Under the pieces are notes generated by a model that was given only the letters and a program-made list of their open reading frames with translations, had not been told where the DNA came from and made no database searches. A stretch of 64,000 nt of DNA from an uncultured Clostridia bacterium (GTDB lineage Bacteria; Bacillota; Clostridia; Christensenellales; CAG-917), in the NCBI GenBank assembly GCA_947589475.1, contig CANQBO010000010.1, positions 3,618 to 67,617 on the forward strand, read 5' to 3'. The number at the start of each line of letters is the position of its first letter. The stretch's first letter is position 1. The translations under genes were made by a program, and so were the position numbers. Below are positions 10,303-20,900 of this stretch, one piece after another.

Positions 10303-10587
10303 ATGGCTGACGAAGAAAAACGCAAAAAAAAGAAGGACAAGGACGATTGGGACACGGGAGTCGTCATCGCCCCCATGAACGGAGACGAACTGCCCAAATA
10401 TCGCCGTATGGCATATCTCAACCGCCAAAAGCGTCCCCCGAAGAGCGAGCGCAAAAAGAGCGACCTCACCAAAAAGGAAAAACGCGCGATATATCGCGCG
10501 GGTTTTTTGGCTATGCTCCCCCAACTTATCGTCATACTCATCGGCTTCGGCATCGTCGCCGTGCTCGTCTACTTTTGGCTGAAATGA
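10303..10587 (+). CDS. Small Lys/Arg-rich protein with a C-terminal TM helix (hypothetical)
   Basis: 94-aa ORF: highly basic N-terminal part (EEKRKKKKDKDD, KRPPKSERKKSDLTKKEKR), then LPQLIVILIGFGIVAVLVYFWL. The RBS is weak. A terminator follows at 10711..10746. Confidence 0.45.
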   Translation: MADEEKRKKKKDKDDWDTGVVIAPMNGDELPKYRRMAYLNRQKRPPKSERKKSDLTKKEKRAIYRAGFLAMLPQLIVILIGFGIVAVLVYFWLK

Positions 10588-10710
10588 CGCGACGGCTGTG
10601 CGATTTTGCGCGCGATCTCGCCCCCATTCCGCTGTTTTGCCCCTTATAAACCTCAACATCTTATATTCGGGCGCATTACGCGGGCGGCTTTTCGGACGGC
10701 GAGGAGCAAA

Positions 10711-10746
10711 CATCAAAAAATGCGCAACGCAAGTTGCGCTTTTTTA
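10711..10746. terminator. Bidirectional Rho-independent terminator
   Basis: AAAAAA-T-GCGCAAC-GCAA-GTTGCGC-TTTTTT; hairpin at 10722..10739 flanked by an A-run and a T-run. Confidence 0.7.
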
Positions 10747-10827
10747 TGCCGTGGAAGGGGTGTACTATACTTTTAAGGCAACGCTTGCCTGACAATTTGC
10801 TTTGTGTAAATTTTTTACAAGTCAGGA

Positions 10828-10846
10828 CCACCAGCTTAGCTGGTGG
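10828..10846. repeat. Hairpin repeat copy 1 (CCACCAGC-TTA-GCTGGTGG)
   Basis: 8-bp stem with a 3-nt loop. The 18-nt core CACCAGCTTAGCTGGTGG is identical to 11134..11151. Confidence 0.8.
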
Positions 10847-11133
10847 CTTGCTCTGCGGCCCTGCCGCCTGTTCCCGGCATAGACGCAAAGCGTCCTTATC
10901 GCATGCCTATGCCTATATCCTGCGTTTTACCTCTTCCTATCGCTTATCGTATACTGTTGTTCCAAATTCATTTCTCTACTTGCTTTTTTATTATGTTGAC
11001 TTTATGCAATATCATATGTTAAACTTTTCTTGTTCATATGAGATACCTCCATGTATTGAGTTCGCGGCTGACGAAACCGCTTACATCTTACACGGAGGTT
11101 TTATTTTCCTCATCGCTAAAGCTCTTCCTGCCT

Positions 11134-11151
11134 CACCAGCTTAGCTGGTGG
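11134..11151. repeat. Hairpin repeat copy 2 (CACCAGC-TTA-GCTGGTG-G)
   Basis: Identical 18-mer in the same orientation, about 306 nt from copy 1. Together they bracket an AT-rich structured segment. Confidence 0.8.
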
Positions 11152-11160
11152 TTAAGCCAC

Positions 11161-11186
11161 AAAAAGAGCGCCCGCGCGGGGCGCCC
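11161..11186 (-). terminator. Rho-independent terminator of the giant-gene operon
   Basis: - strand reads GGGCGCC-CCGCGC-GGGCGCTC followed by TTTTT, about 20 nt after the stop of the 1,233-aa ORF at 11204. Confidence 0.65.
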
Positions 11187-11203
11187 TTCTTGAAAGCGCG
11201 TTT

Positions 11204-14200
11204 TTATCTGCGCACTTTATGCTTCTTGCGGCTCTTTCCGTTTAAACGGGGCCTTTCGGCGGACAGTCCGCTTGAGAAATCCACTTCCCCGTCAGGTTCG
11301 GAAGTTTCATCCTCGGAGGTCTCCTCCTCTGCCTTTTCAAGTTCCGCGCTCTCGTCTTGAGGAGCGGCTTCGGCGACATCTTCGCCTTCCGCCGACTGTA
11401 TCTCCGAGGCAGGCTCCGCTTGCTCTTCGATAGGTTCCTCCGTCGCTTCGGCAGGCTCCCCTGTCTCTTCAATAGGCTCCTCGGACTCTTCGGCAGTTTC
11501 TCCTATATCCTCTGCTTGCTCCGCCGAGTCCTCGGCAGGCTCTTCAACAGGTTCGGCCTCTTCGCCATGCTCGGTCTCTTCGCCCCCGTCCGCAGGCTCC
11601 GATTGTTGTTGAGGCTCCGCCTCGTCCTCTTCGAGAGGCGTCTCTTCAACAGTCTGTTGCTCTTGCGTCTCTTCCTCGGGAAGTTGTTCCTCCTCTTGAG
11701 GTTGCTCCTCTTGAGGTTGTTCATCTGCGGGGAGTTGCTCCTCTGTCTCGGCGGGGGTGGTGTCCTGCTCGTGTTGTTGGCTCTCGGCGGGTCCCGCGAG
11801 CGTTTGGGTTTGAGACTGTTCCGCCTGCTCTTTTTCCTCTGCTTGCGGCTCTTCATTCGGCAACTCGCTTGTAGGAGTCGGCTCCTTGTCAGCCGCCGCC
11901 TCTTCCGTCGGAGCGCCTTGCGTGAATATGGCCTCATCCGCCTTGCTCTTTATGACGCGTTTTGCAAGTCCCTTGTCAATAAGTTCCACAATGCCCTCGT
12001 AAGGCAGATAGTAGTCCTCCGATACGCGCTCTATACGCACGGCGCCCAGACGCTCCATGACGGTCGCGAACAGTTCTATTGCGAGGCGCACGCGCTTGTC
12101 GTTTTTCAGCCTGTACATGCACGGAGTGTCGGCGTAGGACGGGCTGTCCGAAACGTCCTCGACCTTATATCTGCTGTCCACATAATCTGCGGGATCGAGA
12201 GGCAGGAAGATGCACAGCGTATTGCCTCGATAGCCGAGGCGAGCGACGGTCTCTTTGCCAAAGCGGAAAGTCTCGCGGTTCCAGCTCATGCGCGCTTTGA
12301 CTTTCTTATAGGACAGCAACTCGTTCTTGAGTTTTGTATACCATGACTTAATCTCATCGTCGGATTGTATAAATCTCGCGGTAAAGCTTCTGTCATAGCG
12401 CAGGATCCCGCCCTCAAAGGATTCCTCATCGCCGAAATCGACGATCTCGGGTTTTTCGTGCTTGACCTCGGGAGTCGGCTCTTTATCCGCAACCGCTTCC
12501 GCCTCTTCCGCGGGAGCGCCTTGCGTGAATATAGCCTCATCCGCTTTGCTCTTTATGACTCGCTTTGCAAGTCCCCTCTCGATGAGTTCCACAATGCCTT
12601 CGTAAGGCAGATAGTAATCTTCCGAAACGCGCTCTATACGCACGGCGCCCAGACGCTCCATGACGGTCGCGAACAGTTCGATCGCAAGTCGCACGCGCTT
12701 GTCGTTCTTAAGTCTGTACATGCACGGAGTGTCGACGTAGGACGGGCTGTCCGAAACATCCTCTACCTTATATCTGCTGTCTATGTACTCTGCGGGATCG
12801 AGAGGCAGGAAGATGCATAACGTGTTGCCTCGATAGCCGAGACGAGCGACGGTCTCTCTGCCGAAGCGGAATGTCTCGCGTTTCCAGCTCATGCGCGCCT
12901 TGACCTTTTTGTAGGAAAGCATCTCATTTTTGAGTTTTGTATACCAGGACTTGATCTCGTCGCTCGACTGTATAAATCTCGCGGTAAAGCTCCTGTCATA
13001 GCGCAGTACTCCCGCTTCGTGGGTCTCTTCGTCTCCGAAGTCGAATTCGCCGTTATGCTCGGACGCGGGAGTTTCCGCGGGCGGCTCGGCAGTCTGTTCT
13101 TCGACGACTTCTTCTACGGGCTGTTCCTCGACGATCTCCTCTATAGGTTCCTCGACAGGTTCCTCGACGGGAGTCTCTTCGATAGGTTCTTCCGCTATTT
13201 CTGCGACAGGCTCCTCTTCGACAGGCTCTTCGACGATCTCCTCTTCGACAGGTTGCTCGGCAGGTTCGACATATTCGATGAGGTTTGCGGTCTCGAAATT
13301 GCCGCCGTCTATAGTCCTCACGGGCGTCTCGTCGGAAGTGTTGTATGCTATGACATATTCGGTTTCGTTTGCGGTAAGCAGATAATTGCCTTCTTCGTCG
13401 AGCGAGATGTTTCTCGCCTCTATGCCGTCGATTTGTGCGGTGTATTCTTCGATGACGACGTGTACGCCCTCGTGCCCTTCGACAAGCCAATCGCCTCTGA
13501 GCGATTCGGGGAAGGCAACGATGACAGGTTCCTCGACGGGTTGCTCCTCGATGATTTCCTCGACGGGAGCCTCTTCGACGGGTTCTTCCGCGATTTCTGC
13601 GACAGGTTCCTCGGCAGGAACATCTTCGACGGGTTCTTCCACAGGCTCCTCGGCATGCTCCTCGGCAGGCTCGATGAGCGCGCAAGCCTCGTATGCTCCG
13701 CCGTTGATGGCTCTGTAGCCGTCCTCTTCCGCGGAGTTGTAATATACGACATAATCGATTCCGTTGGCTTTAAGCTTGTATTCGGTGGGCTTTTCGGGGT
13801 CGAGCGCGATGTCGGTCGCTTCAACGCCGTCAACAAACAGAGCGTGCTCCTCGATGAGGACATGTACTCCCTCGTGCCCTTCGACGACCCAATCTCCTCT
13901 GAGCGTTTCGGGGAATGTGATGACGAGAGGTTCTTCCTGCTCCGACTCCGCTTCGGACTCGACAGGCTCGACAAGCGCGCAAGCGTCGAATTCTCCGCCG
14001 CTGATATTTCTGAAGCCGCCCTCGTCGGACGTGCCGTATGCGACGACATAATCGAGTCCGTTGGCTTTGAACGTATACTCTGTGGGCTTTTCGGGATCGA
14101 GCGCAATATCCAACGCCTCTACGCCGTCGATAAACAGCGTATGCTCCTCGATGAGCACGTGCACGCTCTCGTGACCCTCGACGACCCAATCGCTTCTGAG

Positions 14201-14905
14201 CGACTCGGGGAAGGTGATGACGAGAGGTTCCGACTCCGCTTCGGGAGCGACTGCCTCTGTCCACTTGTACAGCTTAGCATAGAAGTAATCGCCGCCGTTG
14301 ATGAGACGGAGGTTGCCGTCGTCCTCTTTGGAGTGCTCGACATCCGCCGCCGCTTCCGCCTCTTCGGTCATCTCGTGCGTTTCCGTCTCCGCGTCTGCCG
14401 TTTTTGAGGCGTCCTCCGCGGTCTCCGCAGGAGTTTTGGTAAGCGCCTCCTCGTGTTTTCTCGCGCGTTTCAAGAACACCGTATGCTCCACGTCGCCAAG
14501 CAGGAATGAGTATTCGCCTTCCGTATCCGTCTCGGCGATGCCTGTAGCCACGACGCCGTCCACGGACAATGTGCTTAAGCCGATGACGACGCGAATACCG
14601 TCGTGCCCTTCGATCCCCCAACTGCCTCTGAGTTCTTCGGGAAATTCGACCGAATGACTTTCCGCTTCAGGTTCCGCAATAACCTCCGCCTCAAGAAATT
14701 GTATCGGGTTTTCCTCCTCTTCCTTAGGCTCCTTGATTACCACGGTGGTACGGTCGCGCCCCACGCGGTGAATGAGCACTGCAAACACGATCACCAAAAA
14801 CATGATAAGCGCGACCTGGGCTACCAACAGCCAGAACAGTGCCGTGTCCAGCTCCCAAGGGAGCTCTTTGCCGAAAAGAGTAAGTGCGTTCAAAATGTTT
14901 CTCAC
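11204..14905 (-). CDS. Membrane-anchored, extremely acidic repeat protein (uncharacterised)
   Basis: 1,233-aa ORF with a GTG start. One N-terminal TM helix (LFWLLVAQVALIMFLVIVFAVLI). Four ~85-aa repeats (FPE-LRG-W-VEGHEGVHV-IEE) at ~13249..14653, separated by PVEE-type linkers. Two ~175-aa domains (ILRYDRSFTARFIQS-DEIKSWYTKLKNE-LSYKKVKARMSW). A ~230-aa E/Q/P-rich tail ending in the basic patch RPRLNGKSRKKHKVRR. Starts 60 nt downstream of the giant ORF. Confidence 0.85.
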   Translation of the reverse strand: MRNILNALTLFGKELPWELDTALFWLLVAQVALIMFLVIVFAVLIHRVGRDRTTVVIKEPKEEEENPIQFLEAEVIAEPEAESHSVEFPEELRGSWGIEGHDGIRVVIGLSTLSVDGVVATGIAETDTEGEYSFLLGDVEHTVFLKRARKHEEALTKTPAETAEDASKTADAETETHEMTEEAEAAADVEHSKEDDGNLRLINGGDYFYAKLYKWTEAVAPEAESEPLVITFPESLRSDWVVEGHESVHVLIEEHTLFIDGVEALDIALDPEKPTEYTFKANGLDYVVAYGTSDEGGFRNISGGEFDACALVEPVESEAESEQEEPLVITFPETLRGDWVVEGHEGVHVLIEEHALFVDGVEATDIALDPEKPTEYKLKANGIDYVVYYNSAEEDGYRAINGGAYEACALIEPAEEHAEEPVEEPVEDVPAEEPVAEIAEEPVEEAPVEEIIEEQPVEEPVIVAFPESLRGDWLVEGHEGVHVVIEEYTAQIDGIEARNISLDEEGNYLLTANETEYVIAYNTSDETPVRTIDGGNFETANLIEYVEPAEQPVEEEIVEEPVEEEPVAEIAEEPIEETPVEEPVEEPIEEIVEEQPVEEVVEEQTAEPPAETPASEHNGEFDFGDEETHEAGVLRYDRSFTARFIQSSDEIKSWYTKLKNEMLSYKKVKARMSWKRETFRFGRETVARLGYRGNTLCIFLPLDPAEYIDSRYKVEDVSDSPSYVDTPCMYRLKNDKRVRLAIELFATVMERLGAVRIERVSEDYYLPYEGIVELIERGLAKRVIKSKADEAIFTQGAPAEEAEAVADKEPTPEVKHEKPEIVDFGDEESFEGGILRYDRSFTARFIQSDDEIKSWYTKLKNELLSYKKVKARMSWNRETFRFGKETVARLGYRGNTLCIFLPLDPADYVDSRYKVEDVSDSPSYADTPCMYRLKNDKRVRLAIELFATVMERLGAVRIERVSEDYYLPYEGIVELIDKGLAKRVIKSKADEAIFTQGAPTEEAAADKEPTPTSELPNEEPQAEEKEQAEQSQTQTLAGPAESQQHEQDTTPAETEEQLPADEQPQEEQPQEEEQLPEEETQEQQTVEETPLEEDEAEPQQQSEPADGGEETEHGEEAEPVEEPAEDSAEQAEDIGETAEESEEPIEETGEPAEATEEPIEEQAEPASEIQSAEGEDVAEAAPQDESAELEKAEEETSEDETSEPDGEVDFSSGLSAERPRLNGKSRKKHKVRR
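11911..13020 (-). repeat. Intragenic tandem duplication, period 603 nt
   Basis: Copy A ~11911..12420 and copy B ~12514..13020 start with the same GAGCGCCTTGCGTGAATAT. They stay alignable without gaps for ~500 nt, with roughly nine of ten positions identical by eye (not computed). Confidence 0.85.
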
Positions 14906-14965
14906 AACTATTACCTGCCTTTTCTTTCTTTGGAATTATATCGCTTGACCGACATAATACTCTTT

Positions 14966-17900
14966 TTATTTATTTTTTTCTTTTTTTCTGCGCCCGACGA
15001 AAAGCAAGGCGAACAGACCGATGAGGAATTGAGAGGCAAACAGACATACATACAGCGTTATATCCGTTTCTCCTATGTTGAGGAAGTCGTTGTAAACTTC
15101 GACTGTATAGAAGCTCTCGAGGCCGTCCCAATTTATTGTGTCGAGGACGGTGACTTTGACATAGTATGTGCCCATGCGAGCGTCCTTTATATCGCGATCC
15201 AGCTCCTGAGTGCACTCCTTGTCATAGTAGTATTTGATGATGACTTCGCCCCATTCCGCCTCGGGAAGGAGTTCGGGATCAGGCTCGTAGCCCTGTTGCA
15301 ATCTTTCTACCGAGTACTCTTTGAGCCACGAGTTGCGCACCTTCAAAATGGTGTATGCGCCCGCGTCGCCGAGTGATCCTTCGACCGTCAACGCGTAGTT
15401 GGCGTTTGTCAGGCTTGCCTCGATGCGATACACGCCCGCGTTGTGCCACGTCAAGTCGTCCTGTCCCTCGCCCCACAGCACGGACAGAGCAAAGCCGAGT
15501 TCGTCGCCGTCGAGCACACCCTCTATCTCGCTATGCGTGAGTTCAAGCAAGTCCTCGCCGTAATTCGTCGTCTTGTCGTCTACATGTACCGTAATGGGTT
15601 TGGGCGAAACGACGTAGTTGCCATAGACCACCGATAGCTCGTAGTTTGGATTGTCGTTGGTATAAATGAGTTCATAGTTATACCTGCCGGCGAAGTACGG
15701 AATACCGTCGGTCAGCGTGGCTTCGTCGCCGTCTATAACTGTGAGCGAGAAGAATTTGATGTCTTCGTTGAGGATGGGATCGCCGCCTCTGCCGAGCGTT
15801 GTGCGCCTGATCTCAAGCCAACTCATGATGTCGTCATTCGGCTCGACAAACTCGTCGCCGTACGTCCTGCCGCCGTCCTTGACGCGAATGGTCACCTTGC
15901 GAGGCACAACTTTGTATACGCTGTACTCGGCGACATTGTCGCTCACCTCGTAATTCGCTTGCGCGGCGGTGGGCGATGTCGGCTTGCTGACTTTGAGCCT
16001 GTACGAACCGACTGCGGGATAACCGTTCACCTTATTCTCGTACGGGTCGTCTATCCAATCGAATGTGTATCCGAGGTCGTCGCCGTTGACGATCGCGGGG
16101 CCTTCCTTGCCGTCCGCGCGGTAGCTTGCGCTGTGCGGATCGATCTCGTCGCCGTACTCGCTCTCGCCGTCGAAGGTCATGATGATGCGGCGCTTTGTCA
16201 CCTCATATTTGCCTGCCGCGTTGCCTATGCGGATGTCGGGCAATGTGCCTTCGTAGTCGCCCGTGAAGGTGATGTTGTAGTTGGGATTGTTGCTTTGAGT
16301 CGCGATTATGGGATATGTGCCGATGAACGTTGTCGTATCGACAAACCTGTCGTCCTCCATCGCCGCTCTCAACGTGATGTCAAGCACATCGCCGTTGACG
16401 ATGGCGTTGCCACCGACGCGGCTTGCCGACCAAGTGAGCGCGCTCACGTTGTCGCCGTACTCGCCCGCAGCGTTTTCTATCCTCACGAATATATCGCGCG
16501 GTCTTACGGTATATTTGCCGTCGACGAAAGCGACGATATAGTTTTTGTTGTCGAACGTCGCGGAGATCTGATACTCGCCCACGGGCGAAGTCCTGTCGAC
16601 GGGGCAACCGAGAGTGATGTCATATATATCCCTCGGCAACACGACTACGTTCTCGTCCGAGAATTCCGTCTTATTTGTGCGCTCCGCAGTCCAATCCTTA
16701 TCGTACTCATCCGCAAGCACATGTTCTTCGCCGTATTCGCCTGTCTGCGGGCGTACGCGGACGGTTATTCTGCGGCGCTCGATCGTGAGCGTGCCGTCGA
16801 TAATCGCGTTGACGTGATAGTTCTTGTCCAGCGCGATGGTCTTTGTGTCGATATACACTCTGTATCCCTCGCCCGCGTCCGCAGTGCTTGAGGTGTCCGT
16901 GGATACTTTGATCGCGTTGACTATTTCGTCTGCGTCTTGATATGCGATGCCGTTGCCCGTCTTGCCGTTTGAACGAGTCGCCGTCCAGCCGACCGAGTAG
17001 CCCTTGCTCTCGACAAGATCTTTATGGCGGTCGCCGTATTCGCTTGTGAGCGCCAGCGCTTTCAGATCTATCTCGCGCGGGAGCACTTCGTAGTTCGCGG
17101 TGATCGTGCCGTCAAGCGTATAGTTTGCCGAATTCATGACCGCGTTCACTTTGTAGACGCCTATGCCCTTAGTACGACCTTCCTCAAACACGTCGGTCGT
17201 ATCATAAGTTATCATCTTCTTTATGCTGTCCGCCGTATCGCCGGGAGCAAATTGCGTGCTTATGATGTCGGTCATGAAGCGCTCCGCCACGTCCGTATCG
17301 CCGTACTCGCCGCTTGCGGAGTGGACCATTATCGTCAACGTGCGCGGTGTGACGGTGTATATGCCCGCCTTGCCGTTGAGTCTCTCATAATACTCTTCGC
17401 TGTTCCACTCGCCCATGACGGTGATGTCGTAGTTGCTGCCTATTTCGTGCGAAGCGGATGTGTCTTGCTCAAGTATGATGATGTACAGTCCGACGGGATC
17501 GAACTTGACGTCTTTGTTGATCTCAACGCCCGTCGTCGCGTCTCTGACCGTGAATTGCAGGAATGAACGCTCCGTGTCGCGATTTACATTGAACCATTCC
17601 TCGTCCGCGGAAGTGAAGCCTGCGACCGTATAGTTCATAGGCATCGTGGGACGCTCGTCGCCGTAGACCGCGCTCCTCGTCTGGATGTTCACCGTGAGAC
17701 CTTTTTGATCTACGATGAGCTTTGCATACTTGTCAAGGACGTTATATCCGTCTCCATTGTCGAGCACGAAGGTGATATGATAGTTGAATTTGTCGTTATA
17801 TCCGCAGAGAAGCTTATATCCCGCCGCGTTCGCCTTGAGATATCCCGTGCTTGTATATTTCGCGCTTGCGGGATCGAGTTTGATGCTCGGCGCCAAAATT

Positions 17901-20900
17901 TCCATGTCGTCCGGGAATATGGTGATCGCGCTGTTTTGCGACATGACCGCATAACCCGCGGGATCGTCGGGACGACTTGTCGTGAACGCCGCGTCGCCGA
18001 GATCCACGAAGTTGAGATCTTTGAGATCCTCGCTCGTGTATGTGCCGTATGCGACGGTGATGTCGTGGACGTTGACGACGATCTCTCTCTGCTTCACGGT
18101 GTAGGTGCCGCCGTTGCCGTCGTTTCTGCCCTCTAAGGTCTCGCCGAAGCTACCCACGAATTTGACTTTGTAGTTCTCGTTGTCGGAGCGACCGCTTATG
18201 CGAGATGTGCCGCTTTGACGTCTCTCGCTTGTGAACGTCTCCAGCGAGAGCACAATTCTGAGGTCCTCGCCCGCGGGCAACGCCTCTGCGCCCGAGATTA
18301 TCTCCCACGCGCCTTCGGTATTCGGGTCTATATCCTGCTCGCCGTATTCGCACTGCCTATCTTTGATGAGCACGGTTATATCCACCGCCACGATCGTGAC
18401 GTACAGATCTACCGATCTTATCGCGTAGTTGGATATGTCGCGGTTGCCGACCGTATTCGGGTTGGAGTCCACTATGACTGCGACGCGATATTCGCCGACA
18501 AGTCTAAGCTCGTATTGAGGAGTCTCGCCCTTGTCTTTTCCTATGAGATAGCGTTGCATGCCGAAGTTTGCGACCAAATCGCCTTCCAGCGTGTCTATGG
18601 GCGTCGCCGTTACGTTGTGATCCTCGCCGTCATATCTGTAGGTGAACAAGCTTGCATTATCTTTATAGTTTTCTTGAATATTCGGAAGATCGCCGTCGGC
18701 AGGCTTCCACTTCATGTTCAGCTCTTTTTGTTTGACGCTCACGACGGAGTAGGTGTCGGCAAACTTGATCTTGATGTTGCCGTTCACCACAAAGGTGATG
18801 ATGTAATTGCCCGCATTCAAATAGCCGCCCGAACTCGTGTTTTCCGTCGTTGTGAAGATGGACACGGTTATCGCGTCGTCGCCCGTGATCTTCAAGAGCG
18901 TTTTTATGACAGATTCGAGGTCGTCTGCGATGTTCTCGGCGCCGTCGATCTTCGATATGACTTTCGTGTCGAACAGCCACGCCTTGAGGTCTTCCTGCAA
19001 CTGCGCGAATGTCCGTGCTCCGCCTTTTGCAGCCTGTCCGTCCGCAAGATAGTCGCCGTACGTCTTTTCAAACTTCACGCCGTCCTTCAAAGTGACGGTG
19101 AGGTCCGCCTGTACCACTGTGAGAGTAAGCGTGAAGGTCGCGTCTTTGTGGTTGGCTTTTTTGATGGTCACATCGACAGTCCACACGCCATAGTTGGTGA
19201 TGTTGAGTTTGTCCTCGGACACTTCGCCCTCGACCACAAATTGATTGTCCTTCTTGAGGTCGGTGTATTTTACGGTCGCCGCATCATAAGTCACAGTGCC
19301 TTTGTCGTCTGCGCCGAAGCTCAGATCGCCTGCGAAGAAGAAGTATCCGGCGTCGACTTTGAGCGAATAGGACACGGCTTCGCCGCGGTAGAGTTGAGTT
19401 TGGTTCCAAAGCGTACCCGTGAAGGTCTCGCCATCCTCTGCCGTGCGGTTGTTCTGCTGAATCGTCGCAGGTGTGACGGTGAACGCCCCGTAACTGTCTT
19501 CCCCTGCTTGATCGACGAATTTTACGTTGTAGTTCTTCTTGATGCCGTAGTGGTCGGCGTCGCTTTCGGTGATGCCTTGCGCCCAGACGCCTTCGATCCT
19601 ATGTTCGCCCACCTCGGCATATATATTTCCTTTCTCCGCATCGCCGCGCAGATAGAAGGCAAGATATTGTTCGTGACCGACGGTGAATGTGCCGCTTGCC
19701 TCGCCGTATGTCCAGGCGGTGTTTAGCGTATTGACAAGCTTCGCGTTGTAGCGCAACTGCGTCACGCCATCCGTCAGGATGGAGCCGTAGACGCCTTCGC
19801 GATCCTTTATCGTGATGGTGACGTCAAGCGGAGTGATCTCGTACTCGCCCCAAGTGTTTTCGACGATGTCTCTGTAGTCCTCCGCGTCGTCCGTCGTCCA
19901 CTTTGCAAACACAACGTCATAGTTGTTGTTGTCGCAACGACCCGTGATGGCGTATTTGCCCACGAACTGCCCGTTGCCGTTGCTCCACGTACTGCCGTCG
20001 ACATAGGTGATGCCCTTTGTCAGAGTGATGGACAATTCGCCCATCGACTTCTCTTTTGCCTCGCCGAATACGCTTGTCCAGACGCTTTCATTGCCTTGCG
20101 TGTCCGAAGTGACGGCTTTTCCGTCGCGCACGACAAACCACTTCGTCGTTTCATAGCTTGCCATGGGGTTGGTGCCGTAGACGCTGCTTTGCGGGCGAAT
20201 GACCACCACTATTTTGCGCGGATAGATGTTCAGCGTGCCGCTTGCGTCGTCAATATAGCTACCCTTGAAGGTCACGTCGTAGTTGGCGCCGGTCGCATTG
20301 CCTTTTATCGCATAGCCTGTCGCGCTGACGGGAGAGCCTGCTTTTGCGTCGGTGAAGAGTTTGATGCCGAGATCGGACTCGTCGTCTCCCGCCACCGCCC
20401 AACCTTCGGGCAATTTGTAGGAGAACTCTATGTCCGTCGATTCGCCGTACTCCGCTTCTGCGTCGTCGATCGTGACCTCTATCCCCTTCTTCGCAACGGT
20501 ATATATGCCTGCCGTGCCCGCATAGTGGTCGTCTTTGGGATCTATGCCTTTCGTAAACGCGCCTGTCCAAGTGGGCGTATTGTAGTTTGCGTTGTCGCCG
20601 ATTTCGGACTCTGCCTGCCAAGTCGCATATATTGCGTAGTTGCCCGCGGCGGGATATATTCCTTCCTTCACAAGGGCTATAGTCGAGCTTGTCAATGTGA
20701 AGTCAAGCTTGTCGCCTGTCACAAATCCGCCTGCGACGGTATACATATTCGTATTGTCGACGCTGTTCCACGTTACTTCGGCTTCCGAAAGGTCGTCTCC
20801 GTATGTCGTCCCTTTGTCTGTCGCCGCTCCGTTGAGGATGCTTATGGTTATGTTTGCCCTTTCAACGATCAGCTTAGCGCCGATTTGCGGGGTTATTACA

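Noticed and set aside
10850-10905. Possible SRP (4.5S/scRNA) domain-IV-like sequence, GCCGGGAACAGGCGGCAGGG on the - strand
   Set aside because: It does not contain the conserved GGUCCGGAAGGAAGCAGC core, and the flanks do not form the expected helix 8 geometry. The resemblance is superficial. I also found no tmRNA or RNase P signatures.
13050-13690. Short periodic DNA repeats (CCTCGAC / GGTTCCTC / CTCTTCGA-type words) that look like a tandem-repeat or CRISPR-like array
   Set aside because: They lie in frame within the 1,233-aa ORF and encode the PVEE/EPVE acidic linkers. They lack a constant repeat with unique spacers, and no cas genes are present.
14966-15070. Sortase sorting signal at the C-terminus of the giant protein
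   Set aside because: A hydrophobic helix plus an RRKKEKNK tail is present, but the preceding residues (FLNIGETDITL) contain no LPXTG or known variant. I therefore call it a plain C-terminal TM anchor. No sortase gene is in the window.
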